From assembly GCA_951406725.2 (NCBI GenBank), contig OX597817.1, positions 248,001 to 312,000 on the forward strand: 64,000 nt of DNA. Direction: 5' to 3'. This DNA comes from Octopus vulgaris (Eukaryota). The position numbers were made by a program, and so were the translations under genes. Under the pieces are notes generated by a model. The model did no database searches. It was not told the origin of the DNA and was given only the letters and a program-made list of their open reading frames with translations. This document shows, piece after piece, positions 44,511 to 58,310 of the stretch. Position 1 is the stretch's first letter. Each line of letters begins with the position of its first letter.

Positions 44511-45228
44511 AAAAATAAAATTGTTATGGGTAAGATTGATTGGTAAAAATTATTATGAAAATATCGGAGTCAGCAGATGCAACGATTAAAAATTTGTTGT
44601 TCTAATCGCATACCGTAGGATGTGAAAGATGAACAATGCAGGAAGTTTTAAGGAAATCTTTATTTACCGTTACGTTACAATACCTTGCCTTGATGAACAG
44701 GTTATAATAGATAAAAAGCATGCGAAGTAAAGTTTGATGGGGTAGACCGCTTCTTTACATAGTTTGGCGTATACGAATAGTTAGTAGTAATCCACAGATA
44801 TCGGCAGAATGATGTTGTAAGAGAAGAGAATTAGAGCTGGTGAGATGTGTAGGGTATGGGACGTTTTCTCACAGTTGCTGACAGTAAACTTCATTTCTCC
44901 CTCTGACCAAGGCTGGTCAGCCAGACCTCATTGAGTCATCACCGACTGTGACTAACTGATTTTTGCCGAAGGATAGACATACCATTGAGAACAATAGATT
45001 TAGTTGGTGGTCTTGTTATTTCTATTCTAGCTTTTGGTGATGTAGAATAGGTTAGGAAGGGTCAAGGGAAAAGACATTATTTCGGCCGAACTAAAGGGCA
45101 TCTGGAAAATGTAAAAACTGCTGTTAGAGAAAAACCATTGTTTCACCGTGGGAAAAGTTCTGCTGCAGTTTTAATTTAAATTTGATTATGGTGGATCGAA
45201 TCCACTTCATACTTGCAAGATCCACTAC

Positions 45229-45262
<34 letters not shown>

Positions 45263-45303
45263 ACGGCTGACCACCTAGTGGTTTTTGCCCTTCAAATATA
45301 CAA

Positions 45304-45340
<37 letters not shown>

Positions 45341-45369
45341 GAGAGAGATAAATAGACAGATAGATGGAC

Positions 45370-45414
<45 letters not shown>

Positions 45415-45869
45415 AAGAGAGAGAGACAGGCATAGGGAGATAGAGATATGAAGAAAGAGAGAGACAAGCTTTCAATTTGGAATACAATTGCTATCACATA
45501 TGAGTCTATTGTACTTCCATGCATTTAGATATCTTTATATCTATTTATCGAAGCGGATGCCTGTGAAAATGCAGTGATCTGGCAGAATGATTGTCACGAT
45601 GGTCGGAAATGCTTAGTGACATTTCATCCAGCTGGTTTTAGTCCCAGATATCGTGATCACTTGTAGAGTTTGGATGAAAGATTTCTATTCTTTCCCAAAT
45701 ATTCCACATTTGGACATACTTTGCTCCAGGCGGGTCGGTGTATATTCTGTTGCTACAATAACAGGTTTGCAGCTGGAAAGTGTATTTTGGGTAATAGCCT
45801 TGCAAATTCCTTATCAATGGTCAATAAACGTCCTCTTTTTCTTACATTTTTCTAACCACATTGGTGTCG

Positions 45870-46440
45870 AGAGGTCAGCTAATTTCTATGTCCTTCCTAG
45901 TAGTTGCAAATATCAGGGCCATTGACTGGTATTTCTAGCATGGGTTTACACTACTTAAATCAGTATTAAAACCATGCTTCTGAAAATGTTCTTTACTCTT
46001 CTATGAAAAAGAACAAAAGTTTAAAGGCCATTGGCTGGTGTTTCTAGCATGGTATACGAACATCTCGTTTGATTTTATATATAAATCCTTATGTGTCCTT
46101 CAATTGTTATACGATGTAGTGAATTTCGTGTCACTTGCTTATTGCTTCTAGCATAAAGAATGACCACATATGGGATGCTTCTTCAAGGGTCCTCAACTTT
46201 GTATGAAAATCAATGCGCAATTGTGAGCCACTGGCTGTTATATCTAGCATGGTATGAATTCATTGGAGAATACTTTTAGTTATGCTACACTTTTCTATGA
46301 AGAAGAATGCAAATGTTACTGTTATTTCTAGCATGAAGTGAGGCCACCTTTAGGACAGTGTTTCACAGATCATTCTTAAAGTGTCCTTCAATTTTATACA
46401 AATTTTAGAACACTTGGGTGTTGTCTCTAAAATCACGTGT
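45870..46440. repeat. Degenerate ~110 bp-subunit repeat; its left part is inverted at 52911-53194
   Basis: Recurring ggccattg(a/g)ctggt(a/g)tttctagcat motif. Confidence 0.75.
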
Positions 46441-46869
46441 GATCCCTTTCAAACAGTAATTTTGTGTATATTTCGAGTTTTCTTCCATTTTATATGAAAA
46501 ACAAACCATATTTTAACAATTAATCCATTCATTGTTGCTCTGCTCTTTAGGTTTTAATTTAAAGTTGGTTGATCTTTCTTGAAGCCACCCTCTTTACTTG
46601 CCACCCACAGAATGCAGAAATATGGTTTACTCTCAAAATTTCTTCTATGTGAAACAAAAACATCACCAATCAATAAGTCTAAATTTATTCGTACATTGAA
46701 ACAAATACAACAGTTGTTGATAACAGCTTCCCCGCATTATATTTTAAATCACTCCATCTATATCTACGTTCTTGAGATAACTTAGTGGAGGGAGGAAGTG
46801 AGAGAGTGTGTGACTGTATATCTGAAAGGAAGCATTTTGAACAGGAGACAAAGAGAAAAGGAAAAGAAT

Positions 46870-47420
46870 ATATATTTTTATGTAGGTGGCTAGAACAGAT
46901 GGTTACTTTGGTTGGGCCAGCTCACCAGCGGATGTGAAAGAAAAATCTTTCCAAAGTGAAAGATCTCGAATCTTCCTTGTCCACATGTTTCTAAGTGTTT
47001 ATTTAATAGAATTTTTTGTAGCTCTCCCTGTTGGATATGTTGTTGGTGAATACTGGCTCGTTCGCATAAAGAATCACCTGTTTCACCTATATAGTTTGTC
47101 TTGCACGTGGGTCAGGTTATGCAATATATTAAATTGTGTCTTGCATTTCATGTTTGCATTTGCTTTGAATGTATGTCCACTCTTAAATTTTATTTGGTTG
47201 TTTCTCTCTATATATTTGTAGATGGCGTTATTGCAGATCCCACATTCTTTCACAAAGAATTCGGTTTCGTTCTCTGATGAGAATTTTGCTCTTGTCAGTT
47301 AGTTTTTCAGCTTTTTCTCTTGGCGTTTACTGTTTCTTATGCAGTATTTGTTTAATACATTTCTCATTTCCCTTCTATAAATGCCCAAGGAATGACACCT
47401 TCTTCAGAAAAAATATGGAA
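46870..47420 (-). mobile_element. Degenerate PLE GIY-YIG endonuclease fragment
   Basis: FKSGHTFKANANMKCK.. / CKTNYIGETGDSLCERASIHQQHI..KHLETCGQGRFEIF across broken frames. Confidence 0.75.
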
Positions 47421-48094
47421 CAACACTTCATAGCAAAATTCTCCTCCAAACTCAATGCCTGAAAATATGCAAATCACATCAACTTCCTTATAAACCCATC
47501 TGGAACCATAAGATATATGCATAAGTGTGTGTATGTATATACATAAATAGAAACATTCTTGCATCCAGATTTTCCAACCCATACCAGCATGGGAACCAAG
47601 CATTGGACAATGATGATGATGATGATGATAATAAGTCCAGACAATTTTTTGAAAAATAACTTTCATTATTCCTAATCAAAACAGACCCCACCTTACAGTA
47701 ACCACCTAGTCTTGCCATTTTTACAGACCAAGAATCAACTTGTCATCTTCTATCAAAAGAACTGACCAACTGTATAGATATAAACACATTTTTTCTTCTT
47801 TCTTTCCTTCTCTTTAGCGAGAAATGAAAAAGTAAGACAAATAGAGAGGCATTTACTGTTATCCCTACGGATTTTGAACCGTCAAAAGTAACTGAAAATG
47901 TTCAAACTTCGAATATTGATGTACTTTTTCACACTGAATCCCAGTTTGTGATTAATGTATTCCCGAAACATTTTAGAACTTGTTACAGAGGTTTAAAGCT
48001 TGGTGATTTTTCCAAATCAGAAAACAAGATATGTACATGATAGCTGTGATAAATGGAAGACAAAGTTTAAAACAAAATTAAAGAAATGTGTGAG

Positions 48095-48142
<48 letters not shown>

Positions 48143-48371
48143 GGCAGCGAGCTGGCAGAAACGTTAGCACGCCAGGCGAAATGCGTTGCCGTATTTCGTC
48201 TGCCGTTACGTTCCGAGTTCAAATTCCGCCGAGGTCGACTTTGCCTTTCATCCTTCCGGGATCGATAAATTAAGTACCAGTTACGCACTGGGGTCGATGT
48301 AATAGGCTTAATCCATTTTGTCTGTCCTTGTTTGTCCCCTCTGTGTTTAGCCCCTTGTGGGTAGTAAAGAA

Positions 48372-48372
<1 letters not shown>
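48143..48372 (+). mobile_element. SINE family B between (TA)n tracts
   Basis: Matches 38090-38305. Confidence 0.85.
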
Positions 48373-48429
<57 letters not shown>

Positions 48430-48516
48430 AAAAAGTGTGGTAATTAGTAGTGAGAGGCTGATGGTGAAAGAAAGAGAGCAGATCTAAAACTTGAGTTATT
48501 TCTTATAGAATATATA

Positions 48517-48528
48517 TTTATTTTTATT
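48517..48528 (-). terminator. Tandem AATAAA poly(A) signals, probable ZNF 3' end
   Basis: TTTATTTTTATT on +, ~720 nt beyond the stop codon. Confidence 0.45.
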
Positions 48529-49248
48529 ATCCACGGATGACTTCCTCTTTCAGATGATAATTATCAATTTTCACTATTATTTATGGATGATTTTGTTTTG
48601 GATGCAGATTTGGAACGTGAAATTCATTCTTCTGGAAAAGCACACAGTTTCAGAGCTTTTCAGGGTTAAACATAAAATAAACAGAAAGACAAAGGGAGCC
48701 AACGACATTTAGCTGTCAGATATAATTCCTATAAAAGGTACATTGATATGATGCCTTTAAGGAACAAACAAATTACACATCACAAGTTCAGGGTCTGAAA
48801 TTTTGTAAATATAAACAGAGTTGACAAAGGATAATGAGAAATCACAATAATTTGGACACTTGAAAACCTATTTCTGCAAAGAAACCATTATCAAGAAACT
48901 AACAAGGATTCAGTCGGGTGTGGGGCACTAAACTACACATATGCCTATGTTCTTCCTTTGCGGTCTGTTCTGTTTTGTATTTGGGTGTCACTGTTTACGT
49001 CAATATTTGACAAATTTACAATATTCTTGAGTATAAAAAAATAATAATGTAAATTATTGTGTAACATAATTAATGAGAGAAGCATTTAAAATACAATAAA
49101 CAGGAAATATTCTGTAATTACAGGATGTGATATTCAAGAAAGAATAATGTGTAGGGTTGTCAGGAGATTTGGTATAAGGGGTCCTTACACCAGGGAAAGT
49201 AAATACATGAGTGGGAGGTGAATATTGAAAAAACACAAAAAATCTCAA

Positions 49249-50760
49249 CTACAAAAGCTGCCCTTTTCTTTCTTCCCTCGTATGAATAATTTTGTGTCTC
49301 GTTAAGTTACTATTTTGATAGAATAATTTGCCACAAACATCACAGTGATATGGCTTCTCTCCTGTGTGGACAGGGTTGTGTTTCTTTAAGTTACCATTTC
49401 GAGAGAATGATTTACCACAGACATCACAGTGATATGGCTTCTCTCCTGTATGAATACGTTTGTGTCTCTTTAAGTCAGCACTCTGAGAGAATGATTTACC
49501 ACAAATATCACAATGATATGGCTTCTCTCTTGTATGAATACGTGTGTGGATTGCCAAGGCACTATTTGCAGAGAATGATTTACCACAGATATCACAATGA
49601 TATGGTTTCTCGCCTGTATGAATACGTATGTGTTTTGTTAAGTCACTATTTTGATAGAATGATTTACCACAGATATCACGGTGATATGGCATCTCCCCAG
49701 TGTGAATACGTCTGTGTGCTGCTAAGCTAGTACGTTCGGAGAATGATTTACCACAGGTATCACAGTGATATGGTTTCTCTCCTGTATGAGTACGTTTGTG
49801 TGCTGCTAAGTTATTATGTTCAGAGAATGATTTACCACAGATATCACAATGATGTGGCTTCTCTCCTGTATGAGTACGTATGTGCTTTGTTAAGTCACTA
49901 TTTTGAGAGAATGATTTACGACAGATATCACAGTGATATGGTTTCTCCCCTGTGTGAATACATTTGTGTTTCTTTAAAGTGTAACTTTGAGAGAATGATT
50001 TACCACAAATATCACAATGATATGGCTTCTCGTCTGTGTGAATACGTTTGTGTGCTACTAAGTTATTACGCTCGGAGAATGATTTACCACAGATATCACA
50101 CTGATATGGTTTCTCTCCTGTATGAATACGTTTGTGGATTGCCAAGGCACTATTTTCAGTGAATGATATACCACAGATATCACAGTAAAATGGCTTATCC
50201 CCTGTGTGAATACGCTTGTGTGTAGTTAAAGTACAATTTTGAGTGAATGATTTACCACAAATATCACAATGATACGGTTTCTCTCCTGTATGAATACGTA
50301 TGTGTGCTGCTAAGGTATTACGTTCGGAGAATGATTTACCACAGATATCACAATGATATGGCCTCTCTCCTGTATGAATATGTATGTGTGTAGTCAAGTG
50401 AGTACTTTGAGAGAATGATTTACCACAGATATCACAATGATGTGGCCTCTCTCCAGTATGAATACGTTTGTGTTTACTTAAGGTAACACACTGAGAAAAT
50501 GATATACCACAGATCCCACAGTGATATGGCTTGTCTCCTGTATGAATGTTTCCGTGTCCAGTTAAATGAATATTTTGATAGAATGATTTACCACAAATAT
50601 CACAGTAAAATGGCTTCTCTCCTGTATGAATACGTTTGTGGGAATTTAGGTTACATTTGAGAGAGAAAACCTTTTCACAGATGTCACAGTCATATGACAA
50701 TTTTCCTTTCTCTTTTATTTCAGAGGAAATCAATTCTTTATGTTTCCCACTCTTTTCCAT
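49249..50760 (-). CDS. Tandem C2H2 zinc-finger protein, 503 aa, 17 fingers, single coding exon
   Basis: 17 x 28-aa CxxC-x12-HxxxH units with TGEKP linkers. 22-aa leader with no effector domain. Finger 13 has C->R. Confidence 0.95.
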   Translation of the reverse strand: MEKSGKHKELISSEIKEKGKLSYDCDICEKVFSLKCNLNSHKRIHTGEKPFYCDICGKSFYQNIHLTGHGNIHTGDKPYHCGICGISFSQCVTLSKHKRIHTGERPHHCDICGKSFSQSTHLTTHIHIHTGERPYHCDICGKSFSERNTLAAHIRIHTGEKPYHCDICGKSFTQNCTLTTHKRIHTGDKPFYCDICGISFTENSALAIHKRIHTGEKPYQCDICGKSFSERNNLVAHKRIHTDEKPYHCDICGKSFSQSYTLKKHKCIHTGEKPYHCDICRKSFSQNSDLTKHIRTHTGEKPHHCDICGKSFSEHNNLAAHKRTHTGEKPYHCDTCGKSFSERTSLAAHRRIHTGEMPYHRDICGKSFYQNSDLTKHIRIHTGEKPYHCDICGKSFSANSALAIHTRIHTREKPYHCDICGKSFSQSADLKRHKRIHTGEKPYHCDVCGKSFSRNGNLKKHNPVHTGEKPYHCDVCGKLFYQNSNLTRHKIIHTREERKGQLL

Positions 50761-51098
50761 TATTTTCCCCTCAAATTCCAGTAAAAATATTTTTCTTGCT
50801 TTATTCTTACACTTTACTCCACAGAAATACTTTTATTGTTGTATCTCAGTGATGTTACCTTTGTTTAGCAGCAATTATATAAATTCTGTTAAGTTTCACC
50901 AGCAGAGGGGACTCCAGTCAGTGATGTTCACAAACTTGGCTAATAGTATTATTTCAGAGCAAATGTTTCACAGGAATTCTACAACAGATTTGTAGAAACA
51001 ATGTTATACATCTGTTTTGTATAATATTTTGCTTTAGTCTTTAAAAAATGGTAAATATTGAGGATGTTTCTTCTGTGATGTCAACGTCATCTGATGTT

Positions 51099-52626
51099 CT
51101 GAAATTATAGAGAAACAAGAGTGTAAGGTTTAGAGGCTATGTAAAAAATACAGATTCATTTCTCTTGATGTCAAAATAAACGTTAAACAACTGAATAATT
51201 TTTTTTTTACATACACACACAAGCATCAACGTATACATATGTGTGTATATACACTGCCAGAAGTTGTTGACAAACAACAGCAGTAATTTTATTCAGCTGA
51301 ATATACGTCATTGATTGGTTGAAATTACTGAAATATGACAACTTTAACACAAAATAACTTTGAAAATAGAAACTTTTCTCAGCAACGCTAAGAGTAAAAG
51401 ATGTTTTATATGACACATCCTAGCAGTATCCGAAGTTTCAAAGTGTTTAGTTAAAAAAAATTAATTAATCGATCTGCCCATGAAAAGGAAAAGATCCAAT
51501 TAGCAATAGATTTTTACAGGAATACAAGAAACACCCAAGAATTGTAACGGGGTTTGGTGTCTTAAAAGCGGGTGGAAATCAGGTTTTAATATCTTCTTCA
51601 TAAATGGCCTTCCCATCCCCATCATTTTCATATACATAATGAAGATAATTGTGGGTAATGTTTACAACTTGACCCGGAAACAAAAATCAGAAAAGAAAAA
51701 TAGTGAAACGGGATAAAAAAAAAAAAGATGTGTAGGAAATGAATATGAAAAAAAAATGCGAGCAAAGCAAGAGGAGGGTGGGGAAAACTCAAAGCAAATA
51801 CTCTATTTCTTTACTACCCACAAGGGGCTAAACATAGAGGGGACAAACAAGGACAGGCATACGGATTAAGTCGATTATATCGACTCCAGTGCGTAACTGG
51901 TACATATTTAATCGACCCCGAAAGGATGAAAGGCAAAGTCGACCTAGGCGGAACTTGAACTCAGAACGTAACGGCACACGAAATACCGCTAAGCATTTCG
52001 CCCATCGTGCTAACGTTTCTGCCAGCTCGTCGCCTTAAGCAAATAATATAAAGCTTATGTTGACGAGAAATTCCAACGTTCCACCTTATTTTTGAGCATA
52101 ATTTTCTATCTACAGGTATGAGGAAATAAAGTCGACGTGTATAAATTATCCACAACCTCCACTCAGTTGTACTTTTCTTTACACAACAAATTCCTGCATA
52201 ATTCTTACCTACAACATCTGAAAAGGTATTTCAGAAAGTTATGAGGAAACAAATTACTAATTAGTTTGGCGCACAGATCGATATTAATACTGAGAAACAA
52301 TCGATAAATCATAATAAAGTATTGGTTTCCGAACATTTCAGTGTTGGAAAGTATTTGAGAATATTTCTAAAACTAAAACACACAACAATCAAAAGAGGTA
52401 AAGACGGAGAAGGAAGAAGGCAGCTTCCATAGCTAGAAATAGCAGCCAAATATCGCAGAAATCACAGAATGTCGCTTTCGTAGCAAGAAATAGCAGCCAA
52501 ATCCCGCACAAACCAAGGACATCTCTCATTCATAAAACATCGAAAAGACACAAAGAATTGAGGCGCCAAAAACCGAAAGTCTACAGAATTAAAAAACATT
52601 GAATCTTTTCATTGTTTAATACTTAC
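51099..52626 (-). other. Probable 5'-UTR intron of the ZNF gene
   Basis: Donor GTAAGT (acttac at 52621-52626). Acceptor cttgtttctctataatttcag ending at 51099. Confidence 0.5.
51803..52036 (-). mobile_element. SINE family B
   Basis: Reverse complement of 38090-38305. Confidence 0.85.
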
Positions 52627-52769
52627 GCAAATGTCTCGTAAAGGGTAGTGTTGTTTATATATGTGTGTGTATGTGTCTTAGTCCAGAAATACTTTATAAA
52701 GAATTATAAATGTCTTATTATTATTATTCTTATTATTATCAGCTGATTAAAAGAAATTCATTCAAAGGA

Positions 52770-52910
52770 GATTTAAGCGGAAGTCAACATCAAGTAGAAT
52801 GCTCGTTCAATGCGCATGCGTATTTCCTCTCCTGAACTATTGCATGCAGCAAAGTCTAATTATCTCCCTTTACCTACCCTTACATTGAGGGGGAGGGGTT
52901 AGGGTTAGGG
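52770..52910 (-). promoter_or_regulatory. Candidate ZNF promoter
   Basis: ETS-like GCGGAAGT (~52777), NRF1-like TGCGCATGCGTA (~52811) and GGGTTAGGGTTAGGG just upstream of the putative first exon. Confidence 0.5.
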
Positions 52911-53411
52911 TGTGGTCATTCTTTATGCTAGAAGCAATAAGCAAATGACACGAAATTCACTACATCGTATATCAATTGAAGGACACATAAGGATTTATAT
53001 ATTAAATCAAACAAGATATGTTCGTACACCATGCTAGAAACACCAGCCAATGGCCTTTAAATTTTTGTTCTTTTTCATAGAAGAGTTAAAGAACATTTTC
53101 AGAAGTTTTAATACTGATTTAAGTAGTCTAAAACCATGCTAGAAATACCAGTCAATACCTGATATTTGCAACTAGGAAGGACATAGCTACCTCATTGTAT
53201 ATTTCTGTATCTCTCTGTTCCCTCCCTCTGCTTCTCCTTATCTCTCTCTCTCTCTCTCTCTCTCTTATTGCATAGCTCCGCCTCCCTGATTTCTCTCTCA
53301 GCTCATACTCTCCCTCTCTCAATATGTATATATACAATTCACTTTATCTCTTCCCTATTTCTTTCTTTCTATCTTTTTCTCTGCCTCTTTTTTATCCCCT
53401 CTCACCGCACA

Positions 53412-53448
<37 letters not shown>

Positions 53449-53718
53449 AACATGCTTATTATTATTTCCTTTTTTCCCTCTCCCTGACACTTTATTACAT
53501 ATTGCCCCGCCTCTTTTTCTCTCTTATCACGATGACTCCCTCTTTCGGTAAACCTATATATCACTTCCTTTTCCACCTCCTCTCAATCATTCTGACTCTC
53601 CCTCTTTCCGTCTTCCTTTTTCTTTCTCTCTCTCTCTCTTTCCCTCTCCCTTTCTCTTTACGTATCTATTCCAACCTACATTTGATTAGATCTTTCTTTC
53701 CCTCTCTCTCCTCAATAT

Positions 53719-53782
<64 letters not shown>

Positions 53783-53829
53783 ATATGTTTGTTTGTGTGT
53801 GTGTGTGTATGTATGTGTATATGTTTGTG

Positions 53830-54040
53830 TATCTGTGTTTGTCCCCCCAACATCGCTTGACAACCGGTGCTGGTGTGTTTACGTCCCCGTAACTTAATTG
53901 TTCGGCAAAATAGACCAATAGAATAAGTACCAGGCTTACAAAGAATAAATCCTGAGGTCGATATGCTCGACTAAAGACGGTGCTCCAGCATGACCACAGT
54001 CAACTGACTGAAACAAATAAAAGAGTAAAGAATAAAAGAG
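53830..54040 (+). mobile_element. SINE family A, 3' half
   Basis: Matches 63175-63375. Confidence 0.8.
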
Positions 54041-54740
54041 AGAAGACAGGAATCCCTGAATGTGTGGAACTTGCATTTTGAATCTGGGATGCGATACAAG
54101 ATACAAAGAAGAACAAAAGCGATTTGAATGTTGTATGGCTTGATCAGGTTAATGCTTATCGTTCTGTACTACACGAATTGTTGCTGAAAACAACGGACGT
54201 CTTTTATATACGAGAAAAGATTGAGAATCTAATGAAGAGTTGCTGTAATGATTTCAAAATGCGCTTCAGGACAGAATATTTCACAACAGACTCGCATCGT
54301 CTGGAGACTGGAATTGCCGTGGGTTGCACAATATCAGTCATTTTGTTTGTACTTGTTATGGAAATGTTTATTAGATCAGCAGATTGATCAGAAGAAATAA
54401 CTCGAGTGAAGTCCCCTAAGACGACATTAATGGATGACATAACAACACAAAGAACAGAGCAAAAGGATATGCAAATAGTTCTGAATAGACTGTATTAATT
54501 AATTAGTTGGTCAAGAATAGGGTTGAAGGCAAATAAATGTTGCCGTCATTGGCCAAAGCTCAGCAGAAATAAGTGAAATTCAAAGTAGCAGAAGAAAGCA
54601 TGTCAAAGGTTAAAGAGAAACTGTTTAGGGTGATGGTACACTACCTCATTGTCCCACAAGAGTAGAGGCATCGAGATAATAGCACAAAAAGAAGACATCT
54701 TATAAGCAATAGATAAACGAAAACTTTTGGGGAATAAAGG
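54040..54740 (+). mobile_element. Degenerate R2-group (Hero-like) non-LTR RT fragment
   Basis: VVWLDQVNAYRSVLH..RLETGIAVGCTISVILFVLVME..LMDDITT..LISWSRIGLK. Confidence 0.75.
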
Positions 54741-57054
54741 ATTTTAAAGAACTTCTTTATTAAGGAGTCTTAAAATATTTCCTGAATCAGAAGATGTTCT
54801 TGTGAACTGGGATGTGCGGAGTTACGATTCAAGATTACCAACATCAACCCTTAACAAAGATGTCAGGAGTATGTTTATCCTACATGAATTTGTCTGCCGT
54901 GTATTTGTGGTTAGGTCTTTGGAAAACACCTTGTTTGACATTAGAATTAAGCAGAAGATGAGAAAAATGTTGGTGAGTGAAGTCATGTCACAGGTTTGGT
55001 ACAGATATAAGAAGGGAAATAGAGAACTGTGAGAAAAATCAGTCTTATCAAATAATAATTAAATGTGATAAATGCAACATTGTTAGATTATGTAGGATGT
55101 CTTGATAGAGAGACGAAGTTTAAGAAGTTGAATCTATTTTGTTGTGGACCAAAATATTGAGCTATTACATAGATTAAAAAGGTTGACCAAAATCATAGTG
55201 GTCACCAGTTGACCATTGATGATAAGCATGGCTCAAGAATAAAGATTAAGAAATTTAGTATAAATTATAAAATTTGGAAATATTTATTTCAGGGAGTCCA
55301 GAGCTGAAGGAGAAGGATCTTCTGAGAGTGGCTAAGAGGTTAGGAAGAGATTGGTGGCAAATAGGTGAGTATAAAATTACACTACCTAATTGATTTCTAT
55401 AAATTTTACATTCACCTGAGCTATTTCATTTGTCCTAATTTCCAGTGGAATGGTTAGCTGCAAAATAAATTCTATTAATGATATTACTGGTATTTCATGA
55501 AGTATCCACTGAGGTTGGTAATTATGGATACACAAGAAAATACAAGTAGCATTTAATATTGGAAGAAAGAAGAAAAATATGTTGAGGGTAAACAGCTGAG
55601 TTAATGACAATATTTTTGGTTTGTCTTTACTCCATCAAAAGACCATGAGTTAGGGTCTTCTTGAAGCCATTAGGGATTGGGTTATTGTGTTTGAAAGTGA
55701 TAATTGCAATTTATATTGCCATATTGGAATGACTTTACCACATGACATATGTTTGTAAATGTTTCAGTAAAAACAGACTTAATATAGGGGTGACACAGCC
55801 AAATCATATCATATTCCCCACATCCAAAAAGAGAGAATGACTTTAAGGAAATTTGCCAGAAAATGAATATTCACAAGTGAAGCCAGACCATTGCTGGTCT
55901 CTCTCTCACTGAGACATAAGAATAACTGAATGGGTTCAGGAGAATTGATTGAATCTGGAGTAGATTCAAAAAGGATTGAATTTGACTGAGAATAATCGAC
56001 TGTTGGTCTATCATTATTCATTTGATTTTCAGTGTCATTTTGGTAACTTTGCAAGGTGATTGATTTCACAGAGAGACATTACTTTCATGACCCTTTGAAT
56101 ATCAGATCTGAAATCTGCCAGATTAAGACAGATATATGGGATTTCTCTGAAGGGTCTCTGGAGTAATGTTACCCAATAGGATGTATAGTTCAGAGATCTA
56201 CGAGTCTCTCCAGGTTGAGCCACTTCTTCACATCTCTGGTACCTAGGACATGTGATCAGAATGTCGCAGGAATGAATTACAAGACAGATTCTTCCAGCCA
56301 AACCAATGGAGTAGGAGACCCAGGGGTAGACCAAGCACTAAATAGTTGGATGATATCGATAGACTTAGTTGTTGATGCTTGGGAATCCAACCAAAATATG
56401 TAATGATGGTTACATCTGATAGGCCCCTATGGAAGAAATGCCAGGGGACTCTATCCCCACAACTCTCCCAGAAATATTGAGCAGAGGAAATGAATGGATC
56501 AAATGGTTTGCCTGTTGGTACCCTATGTTGATTCTTTAGGTTCTCATACACTTTTGCCTTCACAAACACATCTGCCATCGGTTTACCTTAAAAGATTCTC
56601 AAGTGTAAACTTTAATTAATTTTTTTTTTAAATCTCCATTAATTTAACCACTTTGTTATTTTTCTCATCATCCCTAGAAATAGAAAACAATGTCTTATAA
56701 TTTTCTTGTTTCTTAGCTATTTTTTTATATTTCTCTCTTGAAATAGTTTCTTTGTTATGTTTATAACAACACACATCTTTTATATCATTGTTAATATTGT
56801 TAATGTTGTTGCATTTATTTCTTATTGTTGTGTCTTTTGCAACTATTTTTTTTTAGGAATTGATACAACTGAACTGAAAATTGATGATGAGTCTATTGAC
56901 ACTGTTAAACACGGCTACCTGATGCTGTAGGAATGGTTCAGAAATTGCGACCCAGAAACACGGACACATGCAACATTAAGTGCAGCTCTTGAAGAAGCTG
57001 AATGTTTCGCTGCAATGGAATGTCTGTCATTAGACGCAAAGTGAATTTCTGTGT

Positions 57055-57255
57055 AACTGTTGTTGTTTAGCCTCAGATTAACCTTGACCAAACGGAGACT
57101 TATGATCAAACGCATTCCAGCCAGGATCATCATGCCTATTTCCAAAGAGAACCCACAACCATATTGTCCAATATGCCCTTCTGTACAGTGATATCGTGTG
57201 AATTTAGCTACTAATTCTAGCAGGTATATCAACGACATAGTGATCCCTTCGCTGG
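57055..57255 (-). mobile_element. SINE-like repeat with (ACA)n tail
   Basis: Minus strand GCTAGAATTAGTAGCTAAA..GCTGGAATGCGTTTGATCATA..GGCTAAACAACAACA. The related motif AGAAATAGCAGCCAAA recurs at ~33482, 52435, 52487 and 63525. Confidence 0.5.
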
Positions 57256-57549
57256 TTTGGCTCCTTTGTTAAAAATTCACATTTAAAATAAAGACAAACT
57301 TTGAAACGTTCATTTATTGTTGTTGCTATTGTTGTATATCTAATCCTCTCCCTAAACAACCCCATTGTTATATAGACAGCTTTAATATCTTCTGCTATAT
57401 TGATAGTTATCTACCTTCAGTTTTAGCTGAGAGTAGATACCTGGTATATATGTATTAATGTCTTTTCCCTCTATATATCCTATAGAGATAGTATTTCTAT
57501 ATAATACATGATGTGTCTAAGGATATATCTCACTTTGTCCTGTTGTGGT

Positions 57550-58130
57550 TTAAGACAGGCCTCTCCAAAGTGGCGGTGGTTGAATAAAAGTTCAGGGTGT
57601 GAGCAAGAGAAAATCATTTTCTCAACCCTTCATATTAAACTAGGACTAATGAAGTAATATATCGAAGCTCTTAATGTGGAGAGTAGCTGTTTCAAATTCA
57701 TATGTTTAGCATTTCCTGTGTTATGATAAAATAATGGATGGTGTTTTTTGATGGGTCACAAATCCGAAAGTTAATGAAATGCCAGACATTCTCGTGCTCG
57801 ATGACTGACATAGAAAAAAGAGCGTGGGACTCATTTGTGGCTGTTGTGAAAGGATTTGTAGCGAGTGAAAAGGTTGAAAACTACAAGGATTTGGTGGAGA
57901 TATTACTTGATAGCTATCAGCTTTTAGGCGGCGATATGAGCATAAAGCTTCATTTCTTCAAAAGCCATCTCGATGAATTTCCTGCTAATCTCGGAGACGC
58001 GAGCGATGAGCATGGTGAGCGTTTTCATCAAGCAATCAAGATTAAGGAGGAGAGATATCAAGGCCAATGGAACACACACATGATGGCAGACTAATGTTGG
58101 AGTATTTAAAGACACTATGTAGACATGAAA
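57550..58130 (+). mobile_element. Chapaev3-like (CMC) DNA transposase C-terminal relic
   Basis: PLHIKLGLMK..FDGSQIRKLM..MSIKLHFFKSHLDEFPANLGDASDEHGERFHQ..EERYQG.W..MMAD*CW. Confidence 0.8.
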
Positions 58131-58310
58131 CATTGGTGAGGGTCTCGCAAGGGGCAATTTGTTCCGTGAATATGATGAAGGTATGTGTATGATGGTTTTT
58201 GGTTTAGCCATTATAATAGGGAATTGACAGTATGTGTTTAGTAAAATTTTCTAAACTAACTACATGAACTATACTGGAATGCAAGATAATATGACGGATT
58301 TTGAGTATGA

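Noticed and set aside
49249-50700. 84-bp periodic array resembling a CRISPR or satellite, and its + strand ORFs
   Set aside because: It is the zinc-finger coding periodicity. The + ORFs are antisense shadows.
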